The notes beneath the pieces were generated by a model, which was not told the origin of the DNA, ran no database searches, and saw nothing but the letters and a program-made list of their open reading frames with translations. Below are positions 24,905 to 32,000 of a DNA stretch of 32,000 bases, piece after piece. The position numbers were made by a program, and so were the translations under genes. Source of the stretch: Candidatus Saccharimonadota bacterium (GTDB taxonomy: Bacteria; Bacteroidota; Bacteroidia; Cytophagales; Amoebophilaceae); assembly GCF_003351905.1 (NCBI RefSeq), contig NZ_CP022339.1, positions 990,001 to 1,022,000 of the forward strand, read 5' to 3'. Position 1 is the first letter of the stretch. Every line of letters begins with the position of its first letter.

Positions 24905-27421
24905 ATGGATAGCACACCAACAGATCGTATTATACCCATCAATATAGAGGACGAAATGCGCGATGCCTACATAGATTATTCTATGTCTGTGATTGTAGCC
25001 AGGGCATTGCCTGATGTGCGGGATGGGTTAAAACCTGTACATAGGCGGGTATTGTATGGTATGTATGAGCTAGGGCTCAGTCAAAGTAAATCTTACAAAA
25101 AGTCTGCAAGAATTGTAGGAGAGGTGCTGGGTAAGTATCATCCACATGGTGATGTAGCCATTTATGAAGCGATGGCCCGTATGGCTCAAAGTTGGTCACT
25201 GCGTTATCCTCTTATAGAGGGCCAGGGTAATTTTGGCTCTATCGATGGAGATGCGCCTGCAGCGATGCGTTATACCGAAGCCCGTTTGGTACGTATTTCT
25301 GAGGAGCTGATTAAAGAAATAAATAAAGATACTGTTGATTTTCAGTTTAATTTTGATTCTTCCTTGGAAGAGCCTGTTGTATTGCCTGCGAAGCTACCCA
25401 ACTTGCTTTTAAATGGTGCGTCTGGTATTGCAGTGGGTATGGCCACCAATATGGCTCCACATAATCTATCGGAAACCTTAAGTGCCATTGTGGCCTATAT
25501 TGAGGATCATGACATTACCATTTCTGCATTAATGGAATATATGGTTGCCCCTGATTTTCCTACTGGTGGTATCATCTATGGGTATAATGGAGTGCGCGAA
25601 GCCTTTCAAACAGGCAGGGGGCGTGTGCTATTGCGTGGGAAAGCTACGGTTGAAGTGGCCGCTAATGGGAAAGAGCAAATCATTGTGACTGAAATACCCT
25701 ATCAGGTGAACAAAGCGGTTATGATAGAGCGGACGGCACATCTGGTGAATGAAAAAAAAATAGAAGGTATTGCCGATATTCGGGATGAATCAGACAAGGA
25801 GGGTATGCGTATTGTTTATGATCTCAAACGAGATGCCATAGCCCATGTGGTACTCAATAACCTCTACAAACAAACCCAACTACAAAGCTCTTTTAGTGTA
25901 AACAATGTAGCGTTAGTAGAAGGTAGGCCTAAGGTTTTAAACCTTAAAGAACTCATTGTTCATTTTGTAGACCATAGGCATGAGGTATTGGTACGCAAGA
26001 CTACCTTTGATCTAGAGCATGCCAAGAAGAAAATACATCTATTAGAAGGTTATCTTATCGCTTTAGATCATTTAGATAGCGTCATTGCGTTGATTCGTGG
26101 TGCTCAAGATCCAGAAGTAGCTAAAGTTGCATTGATGGAAACCTTTCCCTTGAGTGAAGTACAAGCAAAAGCCATTCTAGAAATGCGTTTGCAGCGGCTT
26201 ACCGGTTTAGAGCGTGCAAAGATAGTGGAAGAACATCATCAAGTGCAAAAACTTATTGACCATTTAGTAGCGGTATTGGCTGATAAGGCGTTGCGCATGC
26301 GGTTGATTAAAGAAGAACTCATTGCCCTTAAAGAGCGTTATGGTGATGCACGTAGAACCGTAGTGGAGTATGAGGCAGATGCCTTTACCATGGAAGATAT
26401 GATTCCAGATACGGAAATGGTGATTATGATTTCCAACCAAGGTTACATTAAGCGGACTCCATTGATTGACTATCGGTTACAAGGTCGAGGGGGAGTAGGG
26501 GCTAGGGGCATTACCACTAAAAAAGATGATTGTACAGAACATCTATTTATAGCTACGGCACACCAATATTTGTTAATATTTACCGAGTATGGAAAGATCT
26601 ATTGGGTAAAGGTCTATACCATACCAGAAACCAAAAAGACTACACAAGGCAAAGCCATACAGAACCTAATCAATATAGCACCTGGAGATCAGGTGCGTAG
26701 TATTATTCAGGTGAGGGATTTGAAAGATAATAGCTATGTAGATAGCCATTATGTAGTGATGTCTACCAGGCAAGGGATTATTAAAAAAACCCCTTTGCGT
26801 GCCTATGCTACCCCACGTGCCAATGGGATTCATGCTATTGTGATTCGAGCAGGCGATTCGCTATTAGATGTGCAGCTAACCAATGGTAGTCATCACATTG
26901 TACTCGCCTTAGAGTCTGGAAGGGCCACGCAGTTTAATGAGCAAGATGTACGCCCTATGGGCCGTGTGGCCTCTGGTATAAGAGGCATTACGTTGGGGCA
27001 TGCAGCGGATCGCGTGATTGGTATGGCCTGTTTCCCAACATCTGATTTAGATGTGTTGGTGGTTTCTGAAAATGGCTATGGTAAACGTTCGCCTCTGGTG
27101 GACTATCGGATTACCAAAAGAGGTGGTAAAGGTGTGAAAACCATTCAGATTACTGAAAAAACCGGAAAGTTAGTTGCGATTCATGCGGTGAAAAACCAGG
27201 ATGAATTGATGATTATGAACCAGTCTGGTGTGGCCATTCGGATTGAAGTAGGTAGCTTACCCCTGATCGGTAGGGCTACTCAGGGCGTTCGATTGATTCG
27301 GTTGGGCAAAAATGATAAGATTGCTTCGGTAGCCAGAATCGATGTGTTAGAAGATGGCGAAGAACCTAAAGCAGGTATAGCGCAATCATTGGATACAGTG
27401 TCAGATGAAATGAGCGTATAG
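24905..27421 (+). CDS. gyrA: DNA gyrase subunit A
   Basis: Has the QRDR region [15 protein letters not shown], the active-site [10 protein letters not shown] motif, and C-terminal beta-pinwheel repeats. Length is 838 aa. Confidence 0.97.
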   Translation: MDSTPTDRIIPINIEDEMRDAYIDYSMSVIVARALPDVRDGLKPVHRRVLYGMYELGLSQSKSYKKSARIVGEVLGKYHPHGDVAIYEAMARMAQSWSLRYPLIEGQGNFGSIDGDAPAAMRYTEARLVRISEELIKEINKDTVDFQFNFDSSLEEPVVLPAKLPNLLLNGASGIAVGMATNMAPHNLSETLSAIVAYIEDHDITISALMEYMVAPDFPTGGIIYGYNGVREAFQTGRGRVLLRGKATVEVAANGKEQIIVTEIPYQVNKAVMIERTAHLVNEKKIEGIADIRDESDKEGMRIVYDLKRDAIAHVVLNNLYKQTQLQSSFSVNNVALVEGRPKVLNLKELIVHFVDHRHEVLVRKTTFDLEHAKKKIHLLEGYLIALDHLDSVIALIRGAQDPEVAKVALMETFPLSEVQAKAILEMRLQRLTGLERAKIVEEHHQVQKLIDHLVAVLADKALRMRLIKEELIALKERYGDARRTVVEYEADAFTMEDMIPDTEMVIMISNQGYIKRTPLIDYRLQGRGGVGARGITTKKDDCTEHLFIATAHQYLLIFTEYGKIYWVKVYTIPETKKTTQGKAIQNLINIAPGDQVRSIIQVRDLKDNSYVDSHYVVMSTRQGIIKKTPLRAYATPRANGIHAIVIRAGDSLLDVQLTNGSHHIVLALESGRATQFNEQDVRPMGRVASGIRGITLGHAADRVIGMACFPTSDLDVLVVSENGYGKRSPLVDYRITKRGGKGVKTIQITEKTGKLVAIHAVKNQDELMIMNQSGVAIRIEVGSLPLIGRATQGVRLIRLGKNDKIASVARIDVLEDGEEPKAGIAQSLDTVSDEMSV

Positions 27422-27520
27422 CGTTCAATTATAGATAGTATCTTGTTAACTGACTTATTGCTTGTCCATTTAAGCCCGCCTTAAGGGTACAAACAGCTTT
27501 CAATTAGTTATATAGCGGTC

Positions 27521-29083
27521 ATGTATACATTTTATTTTTTACTGATATTTTTAGTCACTCCCTCGTCTCTTTTTGCTATACCTGCATCCATCGCACGCAT
27601 TGTGCGTACCTTTGAAGGTCAAAATAAGCAGAAAAGTGCTAAGCCCAAGTCTGATCAGGTTACAGTTAGATCAGGAGATGGTTCGGCTAATGACACCCAA
27701 TCAGCTGATCCATCACTTCTCTCTAATGCGCAGCAGGCTCGACTAGCTATAGATGCAGCCATTAAAAACAATAAGTTGGTAGGCCATCCTGCTACGTGGT
27801 ATTATAGAGGGGTGATCTATGATCGACTTGTAAGGGATCATATTGCTGAAGCATCCACTGTATCTATTTTGTTAGATGAAGCACTTGCCGCCTATGCGCA
27901 GGCTAAGAAATTAAGTCTATCTAAAAGCAAGCAGTTTTATAGTTTTACCCTGAATAATGTAGCCGCTTTGTGGTCTTACTTTTTAAATAGGGGTATAGGT
28001 TACTATAGGCAAGAAGCAGTTGAGCAAGCCTTAGCGCAATTTGCTATTTGTAGACGTATCTTACCGGAAGAGCCGACTCCATTGTTGTATACGGCTATTG
28101 TCTATCATAGTGTTGATCAGCCAGAAAAGGCATTGCGTTATTATCAAGATTATGTAGCAGTCCACGGGCCGCATTTTGCGGTTGCACGTGCTATGGCTGC
28201 TATTCATTACCATAAGCTTAAAAATTTTGATAAGGCCATAGCTATTTTAAATGAAGCACTCCTTCAATTTCCTTTTCATAATGAGTTATTAGAAGAAAAG
28301 TGTTTGATCTATGAAACTTCTGGAAGCATAGATGATTATAGCACCTCTTTAAAGGTTGGGTTGCAAGATAAAAAAATAGATGCCTATTATGCATATGCTT
28401 ATCTGTTGGAACATCAAGGTCGTATTCAGGAGGCCACTGGTTATTATCAGGAGCTTTTACAGGAGCATCCACATCAATATGATACATTGCGCCAAGTGGG
28501 TTTTATATTTTATAACGAAGCCATAAAACTATATACCGACATCCTAAAATTAAACCGACAAAAGGAGCAACTTGCCTATTCTGCGTTGGTTGAATCGTTC
28601 GGATTAATGCATGTAATGATGCAGCGTTTATGGCTGCATACGATTTGGCGCAATAGCGCCTTACCTAGGGGATTTTTTCCTAAGGAACCACCATTTTCTA
28701 CCCGTCCTATATGGGTCGTATATGCGCATCCATTGGTTCAGCATAGTAGCGTAAGTCGCCTAGTTCATCTATTACAAGCAGGAAAGGTACCCTGTACGAG
28801 TCCTTTGTATGGCTACATCCATAGAAAAGTTGCCACTGCATGGGCTGCTAATAAGTCGGTGCAAACGGCAACAGCATTAGAACAATGCCTGCAACAAGCT
28901 TTGTATTACTTAAAAATGGTGCATAGAAAAGATAAAAAAGATCATAAAGTTGCACAAGCTTTGTACTATAGCTATTATCACTTAAAAAAGCACAGGGCTG
29001 CCTATAAGCTATTGCAAGCGATGCAAAAGCAGAAATGCCCTCTTGAAGATGATCCATTTATTGGGCATCAAGACCAGGTATAA
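27521..29083 (+). CDS. Secreted TPR-like repeat protein
   Basis: Has an N-terminal signal-like sequence (MYTFYFLLIFLVTPSSLFAIPAS). Helical-repeat segments follow a TPR-like A/Y/L pattern (ALAAYAQAKKL, ALAQFAICRRILPEEP, EKALRYYQDYVAV, EATGYYQELLQEHP). Confidence 0.65.
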   Translation: MYTFYFLLIFLVTPSSLFAIPASIARIVRTFEGQNKQKSAKPKSDQVTVRSGDGSANDTQSADPSLLSNAQQARLAIDAAIKNNKLVGHPATWYYRGVIYDRLVRDHIAEASTVSILLDEALAAYAQAKKLSLSKSKQFYSFTLNNVAALWSYFLNRGIGYYRQEAVEQALAQFAICRRILPEEPTPLLYTAIVYHSVDQPEKALRYYQDYVAVHGPHFAVARAMAAIHYHKLKNFDKAIAILNEALLQFPFHNELLEEKCLIYETSGSIDDYSTSLKVGLQDKKIDAYYAYAYLLEHQGRIQEATGYYQELLQEHPHQYDTLRQVGFIFYNEAIKLYTDILKLNRQKEQLAYSALVESFGLMHVMMQRLWLHTIWRNSALPRGFFPKEPPFSTRPIWVVYAHPLVQHSSVSRLVHLLQAGKVPCTSPLYGYIHRKVATAWAANKSVQTATALEQCLQQALYYLKMVHRKDKKDHKVAQALYYSYYHLKKHRAAYKLLQAMQKQKCPLEDDPFIGHQDQV

Positions 29084-29099
29084 TGGACTGAAAAATAAT

Positions 29100-29327
29100 G
29101 ATTTTTATCCTACTTTTTTCTTGATAAAAAAGTGGACAAAAAATCAAGCCCTCGGTAAAAAGCCGCTGAAAGTGTCATCTGACAGATGGAAAAACAGAAA
29201 GCGCCCCCTTCGGGGGCTTAAAAGGAAACTGTTTTTCTACATCATCTGTAAAATGCCACTTTCTACACCACGACTTTTTACAGGGGCGGTTCTTTTTGAC
29301 GCAAAAAACCACTGCGCTGAACACATA
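29100..29327 (+). repeat. Copy C of the ~225-nt structured intergenic repeat (best preserved)
   Basis: Contains all shared blocks plus an apical GC hairpin, gccccc-ttc-gggggc. Its 3' end (ccactgcgctgaacacata) matches copy A. It lies between the TPR gene stop and the ftsY stop. Confidence 0.85.
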
Positions 29328-29446
29328 CAAATTAAGGACAAGCTGTCCGAATATAGCAAGTTACTATACCCCTAGAGGTAGGTAGTATATTTCATTATGC
29401 GTGAGCGGGAGGGGAGGTGGTTTTTTGTGCTAAAGCAGCTTTTCTC

Positions 29447-30391
29447 TTACCATTTTTGAAATAAAGAAGCAACAAATGCGTGAGGATCAAAAGATTTTAA
29501 GTCTTCTACTTTTTCGCCTATACCAATGTATTGGATGGGGATGGAAAACTGATCTGCTATACCTAGCACCATACCCCCTTTAGAGGTCCCATCTAGTTTG
29601 GTAACAATGATACCCGTTACAGCTACAGCTGCTGTAAAGGCCTCGGCTTGCAGAAAGGCATTTTGCCCATTGGTGCCATCTAACACCAACAATACCTCTT
29701 GGGGAGCGCCAGGAAGACACTTTTGAATGGTTCGTTTAATTTTGGCTAGTTCATTAATCAGATGTACTTTGGTATGCAGCCGACCGGCCGTGTCTATGAT
29801 CACTACATCTGTATGATTGCGTAGGCTTGCCTGTATCGTTTCATGCGCAACAGAGGAAGGATCTGACTGCATCGCTCGTGCTACTACTTCTGCTCCTACA
29901 CGATTGCCCCAAATCGTTAGTTGTTCTACCGCTGCTGCGCGAAAGGTATCGGCAGCACCCAGCGTAACTTTTTTCCCTTGTGCTATAAACTGTGCTGCCA
30001 GTTTACCAATAGTAGTGGTTTTGCCTACACCATTTACACCTACTACCAGTATGACATGCGGATAGACGGGTGGTGTAGCTACCTGTGATGGGGAGGAAAT
30101 ATGTAAAAGTTGCTCCGTTTCAGACTGTAAAATTTGGTCTAACTCAGCCGTGGTCAGGTATTTATCCCGTGCAACCCGTTGCTCTATGGCGCCTATAATC
30201 TTAAGCGTTGTAGCTACACCCACATCTGCACCAATCAACAACTCCTCTAACCGATCCAGTACTTCACCATCAACCGTAGACTTGCCAGCAATCACTTTAG
30301 ATAGCTTCCCCCAAAAAGATTGACGCGTCTTAGACAATGCTTCTACTAAATGCGGCTTGGTTGACTTAGCAAAAAAATCAAAAATACCCAT
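29447..30391 (-). CDS. ftsY: Signal recognition particle receptor FtsY
   Basis: SRP GTPase motifs [22 protein letters not shown] and TKLDG are present. At 314 aa it is the short Bacteroidota-type form. Confidence 0.95.
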   Translation of the reverse strand: MGIFDFFAKSTKPHLVEALSKTRQSFWGKLSKVIAGKSTVDGEVLDRLEELLIGADVGVATTLKIIGAIEQRVARDKYLTTAELDQILQSETEQLLHISSPSQVATPPVYPHVILVVGVNGVGKTTTIGKLAAQFIAQGKKVTLGAADTFRAAAVEQLTIWGNRVGAEVVARAMQSDPSSVAHETIQASLRNHTDVVIIDTAGRLHTKVHLINELAKIKRTIQKCLPGAPQEVLLVLDGTNGQNAFLQAEAFTAAVAVTGIIVTKLDGTSKGGMVLGIADQFSIPIQYIGIGEKVEDLKSFDPHAFVASLFQKW

Positions 30392-30429
30392 AGTAAGTAA
30401 CCTGCTTAATACTAAGATTATAAAACCCT

Positions 30430-30449
30430 ATCCTGCCCCCAGGCAGGAT
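30430..30449 (-). terminator. Hairpin between the DUF4295 gene and ftsY (possible attenuator/terminator)
   Basis: atcctgcc-ccca-ggcaggat forms an 8-bp stem. On the - strand it is followed by AGGGTTTTAT. Confidence 0.35.
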
Positions 30450-30461
30450 GGTAGCAGAGCA

Positions 30462-30620
30462 CTATGCCTTGCTAGCTACAATCTCTTTGATTACCTCAGA
30501 GGGTACAATTCTGCTACGAAAGGTATAAGCACCTGTTTTTGCTGATTTTTTTACTTGAATCAACTTAGTTAACTTAACCGTATCTCCTTTAGAAAGGGTG
30601 GCTACTACTTTCTTTGCCAT
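30462..30620 (-). CDS. DUF4295-family small protein
   Basis: Not in the ORF track (52 aa). Sequence: MAKKVVATLSKGDTVKLTKLIQVKKSAKTGAYTFRSRIVPSEVIKEIVASKA. Its position between rpmG and ftsY matches the arrangement I recall as typical of Bacteroidota. Confidence 0.75.
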   Translation of the reverse strand: MAKKVVATLSKGDTVKLTKLIQVKKSAKTGAYTFRSRIVPSEVIKEIVASKA

Positions 30621-30632
30621 GCTATTTAATAA

Positions 30633-30818
30633 TTATTTAATTTCCTTATGAAGGGTATGTCGCTTGAGTATAGGATTATACTTTTTTAATTCCATGCGTG
30701 CAGTAGTAGTGGTTCTATTTTTTTCTGTACAATACCTGGACATACCTGCTACGCCACTATTTTTGTGTTCTGTACACTCTAAGATTACCTGTACCCTACC
30801 GCCTTTTTTCTTTGCCAT
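30633..30818 (-). CDS. rpmG: 50S ribosomal protein L33
   Basis: [22 protein letters not shown]...[19 protein letters not shown] is the canonical L33 pattern. Confidence 0.93.
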   Translation of the reverse strand: MAKKKGGRVQVILECTEHKNSGVAGMSRYCTEKNRTTTTARMELKKYNPILKRHTLHKEIK

Positions 30819-30852
30819 TTTGCTTTATTACTTTTTACGAGGTTTCACACAT

Positions 30853-31110
30853 TTAAACCAACCAGTGGTATTGCTTGGACAGCGTTCCCTTCTGTTTGGC
30901 CTCTTTTAACACCGCATGAATCCCCTTCTTATTGATGGTACGGATCACAGAAGTACAAACCTTCAATGGAATCCAAATACCCTCTTCCGGAATGTAAAAA
31001 CGCTTTTTTTGCAAATTTGGGTAAAACCATCTTTTGGTTTTGTTGTTTGCATGGGATACGTTATTCCCTACAATGGGCTTTTTTCCCGTTATATCACAAA
31101 TTCTTGCCAT
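30853..31110 (-). CDS. rpmB: 50S ribosomal protein L28
   Basis: [39 protein letters not shown]... is the canonical L28 pattern. Confidence 0.93.
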   Translation of the reverse strand: MARICDITGKKPIVGNNVSHANNKTKRWFYPNLQKKRFYIPEEGIWIPLKVCTSVIRTINKKGIHAVLKEAKQKGTLSKQYHWLV

Positions 31111-31151
31111 GCTTCTCTATGCTTTAAAATACTTACAAATATAGGGTAACG

Positions 31152-31183
31152 AAAGGATTATTCAAATTATTGAATAATCCTTT
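31152..31183 (-). terminator. 14-bp perfect hairpin enclosing the ankyrin gene stop codon
   Basis: aaaggattattcaa-atta-ttgaataatccttt. The stop codon (31167-31169) lies in and next to the loop. The hairpin sits about 40 nt upstream of the rpmB start. Confidence 0.45.
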
Positions 31184-32000
31184 TCTTAAAGGGTATCATG
31201 TTGGTGTTGCTTTGCCTATCATCATAGGGTCTTTTTTTTGTTTTTACTCTTGACGTTTTCTGGTTGGCAGCTGCAATAGGTTCCTGGAAAAGTTTGTATT
31301 TTCGCTCTAGATTGGGGGGCGTAAGGCCCTTTATATCTGATTTATATAAACCCGCTCTAGCGTGTGGTAAACTTAGTAATTGAGTAAGTATACTATCATC
31401 CTCGCCTGTATGGTATTGTACGATCACCAATGTTTTGGGATTAGAAGGGGAAACTATGGATTGATGCGTAAGGGATTTAATGAGCGTACAGATTTTTTGC
31501 ATCTCCTTAAAATCTTGCGTTTTAATGGCTTGCTCTTGTTTGGCACGCGCATTATCTATGGCTTCAAGGGTAGCATGCAAAACCGTTCGACCTCTTTTAT
31601 CCTGTATGGTGAGATCAGCATCTTGGGCAATCAGTACCTTAAGGATATCCTTACGACCTAGCACAGCTGCCCATTGTGCTAGAGTATTCCCCTGGTTATC
31701 TTGATCATTAATATTGTATTCAGGTAATAAAAATTGGAAGATTTGTAAACTTGTTTCACGAGTAGACTCCTCATTTTCTTCTGAATGTTCTGGATTTACG
31801 GTCCAATATATAGCCGTGCAAGCGCCTATACCTGTTTTTGGATTGATAGCTGTTTTGCGTTGTATAAATGTTTTGGCTGCTGCTTGCGGCAGTATTCGTT
31901 TTGCATAATTTACAACTGCTTCTACTGCATTTTGATTATTATTGGCTACTGCCCAGTGCAGGACAGTCATGCCATTGCGGTCTGTTGTGTTGATATGCCT
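31167..32000 (-). CDS. Ankyrin-repeat protein, 3' part (continues past the window end)
   Basis: The frame stays open upstream of the ORF-track ATG (..RHINTTDRNGMTVLHWAVANNN). ANK repeats include GNTLAQWAAVLGRKDILKVLIAQDADLTIQDKRGRTVLHATL. The C-terminal tail is basic. Confidence 0.85.
   Translation of the reverse strand, partial: RHINTTDRNGMTVLHWAVANNNQNAVEAVVNYAKRILPQAAAKTFIQRKTAINPKTGIGACTAIYWTVNPEHSEENEESTRETSLQIFQFLLPEYNINDQDNQGNTLAQWAAVLGRKDILKVLIAQDADLTIQDKRGRTVLHATLEAIDNARAKQEQAIKTQDFKEMQKICTLIKSLTHQSIVSPSNPKTLVIVQYHTGEDDSILTQLLSLPHARAGLYKSDIKGLTPPNLERKYKLFQEPIAAANQKTSRVKTKKRPYDDRQSNTNMIPFKKRIIQ

Noticed and set aside
29415-29432. G-rich tract gcgggaggggaggtgg as a possible G-quadruplex
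   Set aside because: Only two of the runs reach three G's, so at best it is a weak two-tetrad structure. It is more likely incidental sequence downstream of ftsY.

Overview
The window is a mosaic of core genes and host-interaction or mobile material. It looks like a reduced Bacteroidota genome, probably an intracellular symbiont of the Amoebophilus/Cardinium type. That assignment is inference from three things: an lpxC-fabZ gene fusion, a DUF4295 gene between rpmG and ftsY, and the load of ankyrin/TPR/Rpn genes.

Core genes on the + strand are ftsA-ftsZ, tRNA-Phe(GAA), secA, thrS, lpxD, lpxC/fabZ-lpxA, a five-gene peptide ABC importer, an archaeal/eukaryotic-type aspS, and gyrA. On the - strand are ftsY, a DUF4295 gene, rpmG and rpmB.

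Between these sit three ankyrin-repeat genes (one is a predicted lipoprotein; one has a basic NLS-like tail), a secreted TPR protein and two orphan lipoproteins. There is also an intact Rpn/PD-(D/E)XK 'putative transposase' carrying an in-frame (GKIE)x8 repeat, and a second Rpn 3' remnant. Two gene relics are not in the ORF track: the HD domain of relA/spoT and an IS256-type transposase.

The most interesting unexplained signal is a roughly 225-nt noncoding element present three times in the same orientation (about 14966-15187, 23758-23975 and 29100-29327). It has a conserved 10-bp hairpin and a long imperfect hairpin. It occupies three of the four convergent gene junctions in the window; the fourth junction holds an 18-bp perfect hairpin. 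No CRISPR array, rRNA or intact IS element was seen.
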